Assembly: GCA_013239625.1 (NCBI GenBank)
Contig: MU054323.1
Coordinates: 6,623,220-6,687,219 of the forward strand
Direction of reading: 5' to 3'
DNA: 64,000 nucleotides
Origin: Lama guanicoe
Taxonomy: Eukaryota
The translations under genes and the position numbers were made by a program. The first letter of the stretch is position 1. Each line of letters opens with the position of its first letter. Positions 12,545-27,349 of this stretch are shown in pieces. The notes under the pieces were generated by a model. That model saw nothing but the letters and a program-made list of their open reading frames with translations, ran no database searches and was not told the DNA's origin.

Positions 12545-13978
12545 AAGTTAAACTCACAAGTCAATTCTAAAATTTATCTGGAAATCTAAGAACCTAGAAC
12601 AATCCTGAAAGTGGCAATCTTGAAGAAGAAGAATAAAGATGGAGGACTTCCACTTCTAAGCACTAGATTTCTTATAAAGTTAAAATAAGATAGTGTATAG
12701 TGTGGTGCAGGTGCTAGGAGAGACAAATGGATCAAGGAAAAGAAGTCCAGAGACAGACCCACACGTGTACAGTTCACTGATCTTTTATAAACTCAATTCA
12801 GGGGAAAAAATGTTTTTGAATAATGGTGCTAGGAAAATTGGCTACCCCTATAGGAAAAAAATGAAGCTTGACCCCTTATCTCTCTCCACAGACCAAGATT
12901 AATTTGAGATGGATCATAGAACTAAATGTGGAAGTTAAAATAATAAATCTTAAAAAGAATGTGGAAGAACATTTTAATGATTTTGATGTAAGCAGTGATT
13001 TCTTAAACAGGTTGCAAAAAGCACTACATCTCAAAGAAAATATTGATAAATTGGACTCAATTAAAATTAATAATTTTTCATTAAGAGACATCATTGGCGT
13101 GAAAAGGCAAGATACAGACTGGGAAAAGAATCTTTGTATACGTGTACCTGATAAATGACTCCTACATATTAATAGACAAATAACTCCTTCATATTAATAA
13201 GAAAAAGACAATATGATAAAAAGTGGGCAACAACTTGAATGGGTACTTCACAAGAAATAAGTACTTGGAAAGTTTCTAAACATGAGTCATCAGGGAAATG
13301 TAAATTAAAATTACAATGAGACGCTTCTACTAGAATGGCTAAAATTAAAAGAACTGACAATCCCAAGTAGAGCTAGGATGTAGAGAATGTATTCCTGTTT
13401 TAAATTAGCACAGCCATTTTGGAAAACTTTTTAATGATTTCAAAGCTAAATGTACATGTACTTTATGACCTAGAAATTCTACTCCTTTGTATGTTCCCAA
13501 CAGAAATAAATGTTTATGTCTGCCCAAAAGACATGTACAAGGGTATTCATAGCAGCTCTTTTCATAATAGTTAAAAACTGGAAACATTTCAAATAATAAA
13601 TGATAAATAGCTGAACATTCATATAATGGGATACTAATATTGCAAAAGAGTGAACTACTGCTATTCACAACCATGTGGATGAATCTCATAGAAATAATGT
13701 AATGTGAAAGAACATAGACATATAAGAGTACCTACTGTATGCTTTCATACATAGGACACTCAACACTAGACACAACTAATTGAAGGTGGTTGACGGTGGT
13801 CAAAACAATTACCTTTGACTGATGGGGGTGGGGCAGGGAGGAGCCTTCTTGGATATTGGTAGTGTTCCATATCTCTGTCAAAATGGTGGTTACACAGGTA
13901 TGGTTACCTTTTATAAATTCATCAAGCTACACAGCTAAGTCTCTACTAGATATAAATTCTACCTCAGAGAAAAAAAAT
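12545..13978 (+). mobile_element. Old L1 (L1MC/ME-like) ORF2 3' part and 3'UTR
   Basis: ORF2-like remnants (KINLRWIIELNV, KENIDKLDSIKINNF), cagccattttggaaaa, A-rich end at ~13970. Confidence 0.8.
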
Positions 13979-14899
13979 TAATGCTAGCTCATTTGTTAAC
14001 TTCAGTTGTCTTGTTATTTCTTTTTTAAACCCTTATATCTCTGCTTTGAGTGCTTGCTATATATATGTTATTTTTTTCTAAAGGTTATTTTTTTCTTTAG
14101 CTCCTAGAGTTTATGGAGGTTTATTTGGTCATGATTTTCTGCTGTCATTCTTTATCTGCCAATGATTTTTGCTCTTGATTGCTTCCTCTTTGCTTGTATT
14201 TTTGTGAAGAGCTGTGCTGTTCCGCTTTTGACTATTTTCCACTTTTTAAGTAAGGGTGCTTTTTTCCTGCAGGCTGACACACTGTTTCCGGAGGACAAAC
14301 ATTCATGTTGTATCCTCTCCAGGGGGCGCTGTTCACGTAGAAGTCAATATGTATAGTGTCTTCTGAGACACCTCTGCTGAGACAGCCTGTTTGCTGAAAT
14401 ACTTGTGGGAAAGGGATCAGAGCAGGGTGCCAACCATGTCCTTGAACCCCTACGACACCAGTAGGGTTTGTAGGTGTGCTTGTGTGAGCTGGTCTAGCCT
14501 TTCCTCCTCTTCAGAGGAAAAAGTTAGTAACTGCAGGGCAGCTTATTACTGACAGCTCTTCCTCTACCTGGCATCACCATGGTGACAGGGCTGCAGCCTT
14601 CTTTCCTCATCTGCTGCCCCTGCTCTTCTGTGGTCTCCAAAAGTGTCCGAGGAAACTTCAACAGCTGGCCTGCACCAATCCTTGTTGCAAGCAAAGTATT
14701 GTTGGTTTTGCACCTCAGTAATCCACTTTCGTTCGAGCTGAGTTCTGCCAGCTCTGCACAATGCAATCAATCTCTCTGCCTGGATCTCCTTTCTACCTCA
14801 GGTTGGATTATTGCTGTAGAAAACAACCTGCCTTCATATATATCAAGATTCAGGATAAAAGCAGCTTAGCCATTTCTTCAAAGATGAAGTTTCTTACTC

Positions 14900-15510
14900 A
14901 CCTTGTTGTTTTTAGGTGATGTAAAGCATTTTGCTCTCACAAACAGTACTGCAATGTACATAATTCAGTTTGTATATATGTAAGAGTATCTGTAGAGGAA
15001 ATCCCTAAGAGTAGAATATGGGTTAAAAGGGGATGTGCATTTATCATTTGAACATTGCCTAGAGGTTGTACCAATTTATACTCCCATCAGTAAGTGTGCC
15101 TGTTCCCCCAGACTCTTGTCAATAGATGGACTATCATACATTTTGGTCTGGGGCATTCTGAGAGGTGCAAGATGGAGTTTCAATATATTTTAAAATAATT
15201 TCACTTTTTGTATATTTAAGAATCATTTGTCTCAGTGTTTCCTTTGTACTTCCTTTTCTACAAACTTTCTATCCATATTATTGGCCCATTTTCCTACTGG
15301 GTGTTGGTATTATTGATTTGCAAGAACTCTTTCTATTAGGGAAATAAGCCTTTTGTGATATGAGGTACAAATATTTCCCCCAGTTTGTCATTTGTCTTTT
15401 GAGTTTGCTTATGGTAATTACTGCTCTGTTGATTTTTTTATTCATGAAGTTGCAGTTATAGACCTCTTCTTTGATGACTTCTGGGGTTTTTTAATCCTGA
15501 GAAATGACCT
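14900..15510 (-). mobile_element. Old L1 fragment
   Basis: Antisense L1 motifs (aggttgtaccaatttatactccca, aatatttcccccagtttgtcatttgtcttttga). Confidence 0.65.
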
Positions 15511-18500
15511 TCATTGTAATGCAAGGTGAGTCCTTTTGTGGTCATCACTCATGGTGAAACAGGGCTTAGAATAAATGTCTCAACATTATGCAGTATGGTT
15601 TAAAGATCAGATTTTTATTGGAGGAACTACAAGCCAGGCAGGGGTCAGCAAGAAGAGAGGAGGCAAGTAGTCCTCGATCTTCTCATCCTCCCAGGGAGAG
15701 ACGTAACAGGGCCTGGGTAATTGGCTGGACCCAGAGTAGGTTTGAGTTTCAGTGGAAGAACCCCTCGCCGCCCCCACTGCTCTTCCTTCTTATAGGGCAA
15801 GCATAAAAACGATCTGTTTGTGTGTGGGAGTGGTAATCAGACTACTGGGCACCAGGAAGTCTAGATTTGGTATTTAGGATTATGACTATTCACAGGAATT
15901 CTAGGAAAGACAGCTTCCTGAAACTTGGAGACTTTAGGACTAGCAGGACATTGTATAATAAAAATTGAGGAGGATAAATATGCTGATTTTTTCCTAATCT
16001 TTTGTAGCCAGGGGAGTCAAAAGATTTCATATAAAGCTAATAAATCAGATAAAGCAGTATAACATACTACAGTACAAAGGAAATCCCTGAGACTGATTCT
16101 ATAATCAACTCAAATTGGGCCAGGTTCTTGGTTTCAGCAATAAAATCCATACTAACTAGTTTAGACAGAAAGGGATTTATTAGGTAGCTCACATACATAT
16201 TGGAAAGGCTGGACAGACAGGCTAAGGTTCTAGGAACAACTCTCAGAACCCCACTGCAGAACTGGCCTGGTGAGATAGCTGCTGCCACTGCCAACTTCAG
16301 CCACACCCAGGAAGGCACTTCCTCGAAACCAGAAGCTGCCTCCAATTGCAGATGTCTTCCCCAGTACAGAATATTCTTCCCCCAGATAGCCGCATAGTTC
16401 CCTTCCTCAGCCAGCCCCTAGTTGGCTTCCACAGCTGGGTCTCAAGTTTGCAGATTAAATTCGGCCCTGGGCCCCTGGAGCTTTAATAATGGCCTTGGGC
16501 ATAAAAACGCAGTATAAATCTGTTTGTGTTCTCAACTTTAATCTTCCATTACCCATTGCTGCCTGCCTGCCCCAGGATGAATCCCGGCTGCAGTACTCTT
16601 CTCCTTTTGAAGCAGCTGGGTGATTTCTTTCCCCAGAAATGAGGAGAACCATCTTCTGAGGGGGAAGAGTGGGCTCACTCTAGTTTTGTATCAAGTGCAG
16701 ATTCCACCTTAGAATCAAAAAGGAGATGTTAAGAGCATCTCGTGCTGGACTCTTCCTGACTTGTAATTGCCTTTAGGGGGTTAATATAATTTGAAAGCTA
16801 GTGTTCACAGTAAGCATTTGAAATCATTTCTTATTTAATAGATACAAAAATTCTTTGACGTGTGGGATAGTCTTTTAATATCAGTCAGCTTGAAAGGTGG
16901 GACCCCAGTTCACTGGTGGTGTCATTCTCTTTCACACAGACTTGCTAGTGTGTTCTTCCTTTCCAAGTCTGCATACCACGTTCATGCACTCTTTGGGGAG
17001 ATTATTTTTAGTCATCAAATTTCTTGACATGTTGGTGATGAATTTTTGCTAGAAAAAAAATCTCTTTTGCATTAAAAATATCAAATCACAGCATGAATTT
17101 CATCTGGGAACCACATGTCTAGGAAAGTAATTATTTCAAACCCAAGGGCATACCCGACCACAGCTAAAATGGATCCATTTATGGTTCTGCCATCCTTGCT
17201 CATAAAGCACTGTACTCCCAGCAGAATCACTGTGCTACACACTGGGCACTGGCCACTAGCCTTGTAACTTTCTTCTTTACCTTCCTTCTTTTCTTTCTTC
17301 TTCAGACTCTTGGAGCACAGGGACCAGGTAAGATGATCAGTTTTGAGGGATTCTGAGAGCGTGAAATGCAAATGCAAGAAAACAGAACCACAGAAAGTTC
17401 TTGAGAATCTGCTACCTGTGTTAATGTTCACTGTGGTCATGAGAGGAAATTAGATTGTAAGTTCCTTCAAGGAAAGGAAGGAGCATATCCCTAGCATATA
17501 TCTGCTTGGTAGGTGGTTTGTTGATGAAAAGAAGTAAAACTGTGACCTCATGCAGGAAAACAGCAGTATCTCCTGTAGCTGCCATTCAATAAGTAATCAT
17601 TGAAGGAGGGGCAGTGAAGGATAATTATACCCCTTAAGGATTAATTCAGCTAAACTTTGTGTCTGTGCTTGTGTACAACCACGTAGATAAGGGTAAGCGT
17701 CCTCAGAAAGACATTTTCCCAGTGGAAAAAGAATTAGAAATTTTGGGTCTTGATCCTGAGACTTAATATCTGTTTGACCTTGAATCCCCCACCGTATGTC
17801 TCTGAGACTCAGTGTATTCTATATAAATCATTTATGAAAATATAACGCACATGTGGACTAGTGCATTCTTTCAGGAGAACAATCCAGCCTTACCAGACGA
17901 AGGTGGGTGAGAGTAGTCCTAATGGCCCTCTAAGCTCCCAGAGTAGCCCACCTCAGCCTTTAAGGGCAGCTTTATGAAGATGTTCATTGCATACGGAGTG
18001 TGTAGCAGCCTAGTATCCATCTCTAGGGGACTGGGTAAGTAAAATATGGAAGATCCTTATCCCCAGATACTCTGCCATAACTGGAAGCAATGAATTAGAG
18101 ATACACAGAGCAACGTAGAGAGACCTTTAAGCCTAGTCTCACATAAATAAATTAGACAGAACAGTATCATAGAACAGTTCCGTGTTGGCTAATTAAAATC
18201 ACATTCATGGAAAACAACCCATGTATTTATCAAAGATACATACCTATCTAAGGACATATTCCAAACATATTAGAAAGGATACCTGTGGAGTAGGGATTGG
18301 GAAAAATAACAATATAAAATAAGAGAGGGGCCTTGTCCAAAACCAATGATGAGAATATGGCAAAATCATCTCCAGCCTAATGAGAAACAGCCCAAACTGC
18401 CACTCTTCACCCCATAGTTGGAATTGTTCCACTCACCCTGCTTGCGATCATGGGGTCTCTTTTTTCAAATTATTCTTTAGGAGCCCATGGCTTTTCCTAA

Positions 18501-18829
18501 ATTCTGTTTGGTGACACCATGGGTAATGCTTGAAGTTTAGGTATAGTTTGCAAGTATCCTTTTGTTCCTTAGATTTAAGTTAAGTTAGGTATTAGATGTG
18601 AATATAAAGTAATGAGTTTTTAAACTCTATCCAAATGAATGTTATTTCTTCCAAGTAGTCACAGATTCCAGCAGTTCTGCCAATACTTGAAACATTTTTG
18701 GAACTTCGTGCGTGTGTGTGTGCATGTGTGCACATATGCGTGAATTTAAGGATCAGCCAAACTTCACATTATTTAAAAATCTAGCCCTAGTTATCTGGTC
18801 ACTGCCTTCCTCTCCAACCTTATCTCCTT

Positions 18830-19200
18830 CCAGTCTCCCCACCGTGCCCACAGTTCTCCAGGCACATGTGGCTTCTTTTAGTCTCTGCAGCATGTGAAAC
18901 TTACTCTTGCTTGATCTTTGCAATAGCTGTTCTCCTTGTCTGAGTTGCTTATCTTTGTGATTCCTCCTTCTCCAGGTGGGCTCTGTCTTGTCCGTCAGGT
19001 CAGTCAGGTGTTTAATATCACATCCTCAGAGAAGCTCTCTCTGATCACCCAGCTAGAGTCACCCAATAGTGTGCTCTGCCACCACCTTGCTTTAATTCTT
19101 TCCATTGCCCCAATTAGAATAAAAGTTACATACCCTCAGTACCTAGAAAGGTGCCTGTCACATAGTAGGTACTCAAAGGATGTTTGTTGAATACATTGAG
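18830..19200 (+). mobile_element. L2 LINE 3' end
   Basis: tcacatcctcagagaagctctctctgatcacc...gtgcctgtcacatagtaggtactcaaaggatgtttgttgaat. Confidence 0.75.
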
Positions 19201-19349
19201 GAGTATAATTAGCTCAGATCTCTGTGTCTGAGGTCTAGAAAACAAGCACTATAAATAAATATAAGAGGTTAGTGTAGATTCTTTCTCCCTCCTTAACTTA
19301 TTATAGTTTTTTATTGTATCACTTCACACTTTATTTTGTATCACATATA

Positions 19350-19459
19350 TTTTTTTCTAGCTTTTTCCCCACATTTTAAAAATGGAAGTACTGAGGATTG
19401 AACCCGGGACCTTGTGCATACTAAGCCTGTGCTCTACCATGGAGCTGTACCCTCTTCCC
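19350..19459 (-). mobile_element. tRNA-Ala-derived camelid SINE (Vic-1 type)
   Basis: ggaagtactgaggattgaacccgggaccttgtgcatactaagcctgtgctctacc...gctgtaccctcttccc. Confidence 0.88.
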
Positions 19460-19606
19460 TACATATGTCTATTTATAAATGTATCTATTTCTCCTGCTAA
19501 GCTGTGGGCTTCTGAAAAGAATGAACTGTGTTTCTAAAATTTATATTCCTTAGAAGACTTAGCACCAAACTTAGATATTCTGAGTACTGAATCTGAGTGA
19601 TATGAA

Positions 19607-19609
<3 letters not shown>

Positions 19610-19642
<33 letters not shown>
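19610..19642. repeat. (GT)n microsatellite
   Basis: About 16 GT units. Confidence 0.97.
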
Positions 19643-19648
<6 letters not shown>

Positions 19649-21594
19649 AGAGAATGAGAGATGGAGAGATAGCGAGAACACAGTTGTATGAGCTTGTTTG
19701 GGTACCTTTTGTGCCAATGATTTTTAGACTGATTTTGAGTGTCTGCTTACATTTAGAAAGTGCAAATTTGGACAGAGATCAAATTTCTGGATCATGTTGT
19801 TGTAACAACCTAAATTCTATAAGATATAAAAATGGACAAATGGGCAAATGGAAATAAGGTCATATAATGATAGTACATATCCAATTTACACAATACTCTG
19901 CTTTTTTCTACATAAAAGCAATGGCACTTGGGAGTTGAAGGGGGAATAGACCACAAAACCCGGAGTTACCCCAGTATTTAACTGGAGTAGGTGGAGCAGA
20001 TAGACTGTGAGTAACTGGAGGACTGACCCTGTGTACTGTGACTTTTTCTCTGCAGTGACTAGCACGGTGCATAATGCAAAGGGAACGCTTAACAGAAATT
20101 TGTTAAATGATGGATTAAATGAAAAACAGATAAATGAACAGTAATGAGATTGATTTTTTACATGACTCATAAATTGGCTCAGAAGCCATTTGGTCAGGAG
20201 GACCTCAGTTGAAGGTTCCAAAAATGTGGCGCCGTTGACCTGAGTGTGAAATCTCTCTAGAGCACACATTTAGCTGTAGAAGTGGCATTGCTATCCATCC
20301 AGTCACCATCTTCCAGTCTCTCAGACTAGGAACTTGAGATGCTTATATGAGTCATTCACCTTACTTCCCTTCCACATCTAAGGAGTCATTAATTCCTGCC
20401 AGATTTATCTATTGCCTTTTTGCCTAATTTCTAGACAACAGCCTCTTAATTGGGATCTGGCCACCAGTACTGCTTCCCTTTGCAATCAGTCCTTCCTCAA
20501 CTCACCAGAGTTATCCTCCTGTAACTAGTGGGAGGATTTGAGCAGAAAGCAACTTTGTTCTATCTTATCTTAGAGCCCTTGAAAACTGCTCTCTCCAATC
20601 TTTCTTCCCTATCCATAGGGACTGAAAAGTTCAGTCCAGTCTAATATGAAAACTTCAACTTCTTATGCAAATTAAAGTTCTCCCTTCCACCAGTGTTGGC
20701 CTCAACCAGACTTGGAAGGATATGGTGAAGAGGGAGGTCAGAGTCATCTCTTTTTTCACCTCCTCTTGCACCAGCTGGGCCCGAGAGAGAGAGGGTTAGA
20801 GAAAAAGAGGCAAGGTCTTCAGCAGTTCTTGCAGCTGTAAGCACAGAGCCCTCTGTGAGTGGCAGATCTAACGGGTATTTCTCTAATGGGGTACTTTTGA
20901 GGATTTGTTTAGAGACCCTTCTGCCCTGGGATATTCTACTATAGCGTTGCTTAGACAAAACCCACGTCAGGTAGGCTCTTAAAATTTCTCCCTTATCACC
21001 TGGATTCCATCACACCTCCTCTCCACCCTCACGCCCCAACACAGTTTTTCTGTTGTTGGAATCATCTAAAAGGGCCTTATGGAGTCTATGAGATAACTCA
21101 AGTCCAGCTCTCGTCCTTGTATTCTCATGGCACAAACTTCCTATTGTTTCTGTGGTGAAGCTTGTTCCCTCTGGGACCCACTAGCTTTGCTCTGCCGTCC
21201 AAGGTGCCACCAGCCAGTCTTTCACTAAAGACTTTTTTACAGTGGAATCAGAGGGCAGCCTGTAGGTCCCTTCTCTTAGCCTTCTCTTGCAAAGCCTGGA
21301 GGTGTGTGAAGGTCTAAAAGTGGCAGAACCAGCTCCAGGCATCTCTTTGCAGGTCCTGCCTAGACGGTCTTGTATCTCACTTAGGATGTGTGTGAGTGGG
21401 GAGCGACATAAACCTATTGTTTTCAGCTTTGGAGCCTCAGCCAAAACCCCGAGAAAGGAAGAGGCCTATTTTAACATGCTGTTACATTCCTTTAAAAAGT
21501 CAGATACTGTTTTGTTTTGTTTTAATTATCTGTTGTAAGCTTACAATGCTTGATTTTAAAGTCCCAGAAAAGACATTTTTAGCAAGCTAAGAAG

Positions 21595-21740
21595 TGGATC
21601 ACTGAAACCCCATAATTTTGCAAATGAGAAACTAAAGTGCAGGAAAGTTGATTGATTTATGGAAGATCACACATGACTGACCAGGGCTTGAACCTAGAGC
21701 TTTGGCCTCCAAATCCTATGCTCTTCCCACTACATTATCC
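21595..21740 (-). mobile_element. MIR fragment
   Basis: ttttgcaaatgagaaactaaag...agatcacaca...ccagggcttgaacctag...tgctcttcccactac. Confidence 0.7.
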
Positions 21741-23685
21741 TGCTTAACATGTTTCTCCTTAAAGAGAACCAGAGATACTAGTTCCTAAAGTACAGCGATC
21801 TATATGGAAAGGTCAGATGAAAATAAAAACACTTCTAATGATTTTCAAAGTCTATGAACTGAATCTGTGATTATGGGTGATTTAAATTTTTTGGCTTACC
21901 TGTGTTTTCTAAATTTTCTGTAATGATCACGTATTTCTTTTAGTGTAAGGAAACAAAACATTTAAAGTTATTCTTTTTAAGTATAGTTCTCTATGATAGG
22001 AAATATTCAATATAAATGAAAACAAAACTGCATTTATACACTTTTTGGTAAGTCCATTTGAGTAGAATAATAAAACCTGGGTTGCAGTCCTGGAGCTACT
22101 TAACTGCGTGACCTTGAGTTAGTCACTTGACCTATTTGGGAATCATTTCCTCAAATGTAACGTGTAGACCACTTCAGTATGACCCCAAAACACAGACGCC
22201 AGCCAAAAGGAAGCCCACCCAAGAATCATAAAGATAGATGCCAAATTGAATTAATTACCCAATTCAAATACAAGGACGTTGTATTTTATGAATCAATTCC
22301 TCAAGTTCCCCTCAGACCACAGGTATATAAAGCCCTTAACTAAGCTTATTTTGTAATGTTTAAAGTACAGTAATTATAAAAAAAAAATAGAATAAACAAG
22401 CATCAACCCACCCAACTGTGGAGTGTTAGCACTTTGTCAAATTTCCTTCAGACTTTTTAAATAAAAGAAATGAAACTTCGCAGATAAAAAAAGGGAATGT
22501 GTGGGGCCTGGACTCTATAAAACCTACGATGTCTTCCAATTCTGAAAATAAAAACTCTTTCTTAAAAACTGTATGAGGAGCAATTATGAACATTTATATG
22601 AGAAGCCTCAAAATACAGAGCTCCATGTAAATTTGGCAATAAAAGACCATGATTTCTCATCATTCTCTAACATGAGTCTTCAAAGCAAGTGAATCAGCTT
22701 TGTCAATTTATCCAAGTAAGGCACTCTGCCTCTGCATTTACCCTCAAGGCCTCTGCTTGTCCTCAAGTCTCACCTCCTCCGGGAAGTCTCCCTGACTACC
22801 CCAGCTTTCCTTGCCATCCCTTCCATTTCCTGCAGGCTCTGAGCCTGCACTGCCCCATTTAGCTCATCATTTGATGCTTTTCTGTGGTGCACGCTGCGAT
22901 TTCTCCGTGTATTAGATTTTCTTCTGTGGCCCGTTGCCTGCAGACAGCAGCCATCTCTGTTGCCCTATTTCCTCCATTACTGCTGAGCACACAGGGCATC
23001 CTCCTTGCACATTTGCCAGTGAGAGGTGTCCTTTAGGAGGAGAAAAGCCTGGAAGGTCCAATTAGAGACTCAAGAGATGTGGGGTTCCCAGCTGTCTGTG
23101 GAACAGGGTACCACCATCAGCCCGCTTTGGTCTAGAAGAAGATGAAATTGATCCCTTTTCCTTCCAATCCCCTTTGGGTCTTTCCCCTTTCTGGCTCTGG
23201 GCAAGGCGGACTCTGGGTTGCTTTCTGCTGCTGTCACTTCCTGGAATTGGACCCACAGTTTGGACCTCTTCTGGAAAAGGGATCATGAGTCTCTCCTTAC
23301 ACCGCTGGCTCCAGGCGACCTTCCTTGGGCCAGGCCAAGGGAGTGGAGTCAGCCAGAGCACTGAACTATCTGGGGTATGTTCTGGGCCTCTTGGCTGAGA
23401 AGGCCATAACACTCACGGTCAGCCCTGCTGATTTTTACTCTCTCCCAGGACCTGGGGGAGAAGGAGGAGGAGCCACCTCTCTTCTGTCTCTGTTTGGCTG
23501 TCCTTTCTCTTCTTCTCCATTTCTCTTCCACCCGGCACGCCTCCTCCTCTCCCCTTTCTCTTCTCTCCTCCCCGCCTCCCCCTAACCATTGCCCCTCGGG
23601 CTTTCTTACTTTCCGTTTTATTTATTTATTTTTTTTAAGAATTGTTTCTCCTCAACAGACTCAATGCTTTCGGGTTTTTTATCCC

Positions 23686-23799
23686 ATGTTTTAAATTTTT
23701 ACTTATTTATTTATCTTTCAGTAGAGGTAATGGGGATAGAACTGGGGATCTCCAGCGTGCTGAGCATGTGCTCTACCACTGGGCTAGGCCTCCATCCCT
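23686..23799 (-). mobile_element. tRNA-Ala-derived camelid SINE, diverged copy
   Basis: gaggtaatggggatagaactgggg...gcgtgctgagcatgtgctctaccactgggcta, preceded by a tattt-rich tail. Confidence 0.8.
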
Positions 23800-25819
23800 C
23801 TCTGCTCTACTTTTCTTGCCTCTGTTTTCTCCTCTTCTTTCCCACTGGGCCTAGCTCTGGCCCTCTCTGTCAGCCTACCTTTCTGTTTCTGGTTGTTTGC
23901 GCTGTCTTCTCTGCCCACAGAGCAAACAGGCAGAGGAGAGGTGATCCCCATTCTTGTGTGCCAGCCTGGGAACTAGGTGATTTCCACATATTTTTCTAAT
24001 TGTAGGAGCTAGACTTGTCAGTTTAATGTGGGGAAACAGAACAATTGCATCAGCTGCAACTCAGAATCTGGTCAACGGTCCCGACAAGGGTTGCCTTACA
24101 CCCTGTCCCACAGCACTGGCCGGGAGGTGGTGGCAGCACTGGCACTGGGGTGAGATGTCAGAGGAGTAGTTGAAGGCCTCCAAAGTAGGCCACGAATGCT
24201 CTGCTGCACAGTTTGAAACTCTCTGATAAGCCCTTCCGAGCACACTGCCTCAAGTCACACATCCAAAGTGAAATGTGGGTGTTTTAATCACTGAAGAGAA
24301 TCCTTAATACTGCTCCTTCAGCACATAGCTGCCTCTCCTGCGCCAGGAACCACAGGGAGCCTATTGCTTCCCATCCTGAACCGGTTCCAGAAGTGTTAGG
24401 TGATGCTCAGTACAATTTTCAGTTGTTATCATATGAGGCCCTTAGAGACGCTTCTCAATTCTAGCAATTAGCCGCACAGGGGTCAACCAAGTGTTCTCAG
24501 CTCTAATTAACAGCTGTGTTGAATCTGGGACACATACAATTCCTTTGGGGATATGCTCTTCAAACAGAAACAAAACCGGAATATCAAGCTCTTTCCTCTT
24601 TATCAGAGGCCATGAAGTCTGAAAATTGTTGCTGAGGGTATTCTTAATAAAAATTCCGGGAAGCTGGTGTGGTTTCTGGGCTGAATGGAGGAATTTAAAG
24701 GTAAAAAATATCGTCTCAGTTCTACCATGGAATTATCCAGTGGGGCTCTGGAGGCTCCAGGGAGTGCTCGGGGCATTGGGTGCCTCCCAGATGCACACCA
24801 GAGCCCAACAACACCCAGCAGGCTACATGATATCATCGCCACATGAATCAAAGGCTTGCTCTCTGGCTTCAGAAGGAAAAGGAAAAGGAACAGGATACTT
24901 TGTGTTGGGAGTCCTGCCCCAAGCGGGAACTAAGCTGATGCCTGCTCGAGTTGTTCCCTGGGTATGCTGGCTGCGTGCCCTGCCTGACAGCTGCAGGAGT
25001 TCTGTAAGGAATCCGAGGGAGAATTTCCTTTGCAGCCATGACTGAGAACCCAGGATCAAGAGCTCTGCAGACAGAAAAGACATTACCCTTCAAATATCCC
25101 AAGTCATCTATTAGGGTCAATAAAGCAGCCAGAAAAAAAGCTGGACAGCTGGCTGTGAGGCCCCAGAGATAGAAATGGAGAAAATGTATTCCCCTGGGAA
25201 CCAGGCAGTTGAATTTTTCTTTACTCACTGAGGGCAACTGCACAGAGGCCTTTAAAAATAAGTATATTTTAACACTGGAATGTTTCAAATGAAAAAAAGT
25301 GAAAAGAACAAGACCTATGGCTCCAGATAAGCAAATGTTAAGTTAGTGTCATATTTACTACCTCACATCTTTTTCTAAATAATTCACATACACGTTCAAA
25401 TCTTCCCCTGATTTCTCCGGCTCCATTTTCCACTGGTATCCTGAGGTTGGTATGTATCTTCCAGTATATCCGCATCCAACAGGGTATATTCTTACTACAT
25501 ATGCAAGTATCCATAAGCAAAAATATCCTTCTCTCTGTTTTTGAAATGTATGTAAATGGTCTCGTTCTGTACTTCTTCTTTTGCAACATTTTAAAATTTC
25601 TCTCAACATGTTTCAGAATCATCCACATTAATACATGTAAAATTCATTCATTCATTTTAATTTCAGGGAGATATTATATTACTATATCAAAATGTATTTA
25701 TCCATTCCCTTATTGATAGACTTTAAGTAATTAAAAAAAATTTTAATCACAGATATGGTTGCAACAAATAGCCTTGTACATGTCTCTTGGAGAATGTATG
25801 GGAGATTTTTTTTTTAGGG

Positions 25820-27133
25820 CAGTGGTTCTCAAAGTTTTGCTCTCAGAATCCTTTTACACATTAAAATTATTAAGGACCCCAAATAGCTTTTGTCTGTGTG
25901 GATTATATCTATTGATGTCTATGGTGTTTGAAATTAAAATTTAGAATTTTAAAGAATGTTTATTTACTAATTTGTTTTAAAATAACAATATTGAATTTAT
26001 TATGTTTAACATCAATAACATGCTTTTAATGAAAAATAGCTATATTTTACCAAACAAAAAAAATTAAGGAGAAGGTCATTGTTTTGTATTTTTGCAAATC
26101 TCTTTAATGCCTGTCTTGATGGAAGTCTGATCTGCTTCTGCATTCAATCTGTGACAATATGCAGTCTTGGTTGAATTATGTGAGGAAAAGTAGTTGGATA
26201 TGTAGTTAGAAAAGGGAGGAGCATTTTAATAACTTCTGTAGATAACTTTGATTTTCTTCATCAAAAATACTAAATCAGAAGTCAATAAATCTTAGTTTCT
26301 TAAAGTTTGCAATGTGGAATCTGAAATTATGTCAGTGAACTTCTCATATTCTGTTACACTTAAAACCCATTGATCTTTCTTGGTCATTTGGAAAACATTG
26401 GCTCACTGAATTATATGTATTACAAATGTTGACAGATTTCATTATACAGTATCAAAAAAGCACATTTGTTTATATCACCACCAACTTAATCATAGAAGTT
26501 TCTAAAAGTTGGGACACTGTCAAGGTTATAGTAGTGGACGTAAGCTTTCCAAAATTCTAACTTTTGCTTGAAAGCTCAAAATTCATCATTGGCAACAGAT
26601 GCAGTTAGTTGCTTTCCTTGAAGTGACAGGCTCACTTTGTTCATTTATGAGAAAATGCCTGCCAAAATCCCAAGTCTGAATAACCATAGTTTGTCTGTCT
26701 TTCTTTCAAGTAGAAATGGTGTTATGTGAAAAAAGACGCTAGTTCAACTCAAAGCTCAAAAAAATGCACAAGTGTTTTTCCTTGAGAGAGGACCATCCTA
26801 CTCTGGTGTGCAGAAGTACTTTACGTATATTTTCCATTTCATTTCACAGGAGGGGACTGTTTAAAAGACATGTACTCCAGAGCTGAGATTTAATAACATT
26901 TATTAATAATTTTTACCATGGCATCAATAAAATTCATAAGTAAAACTGGTTAACGATGATGCTTGTGATGATGATGATGATGATGATTTTACTTCAAGTG
27001 CCTGACAGTGAAAAAATACAATGACAACTGGAACAGTTTGGTACCACTACCTTGATTTGTACTAAATCACCAGCATTTTACTGATAATTGCTTTCACATC
27101 AGTGCAAAGAACTCACTGAAAAAGGCAAGTAAT
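25820..27133 (+). mobile_element. hAT-Charlie DNA transposon fossil (Charlie1/1a-like) nested in an old L1
   Basis: Begins cagtggttctcaaagttttgctctcagaatccttttacac...aggaccccaaa (Charlie1 left end); internal ttccttgaagtgacaggctcactttg. L1-like sequence resumes on both sides. Confidence 0.8.
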
Positions 27134-27349
27134 ACAGAGTGTAGATCTGAGAGTGGAATTGCTGGGGCCGAGGAAATGTGTGTGTTCAGCTCTACTGGAT
27201 AACACTGAGTTGTTCAGAGAAGCTGTGCCCTTTTAGACATCTGTCAGCAGGGTATGAGAGTCCCTACTTCTATACAACCTTGCCAACATGGAATTTGTCT
27301 TTTAACTGTGGTTTGGGTGTCTTGGTATAGACATTTTAAATTCTGTTTT

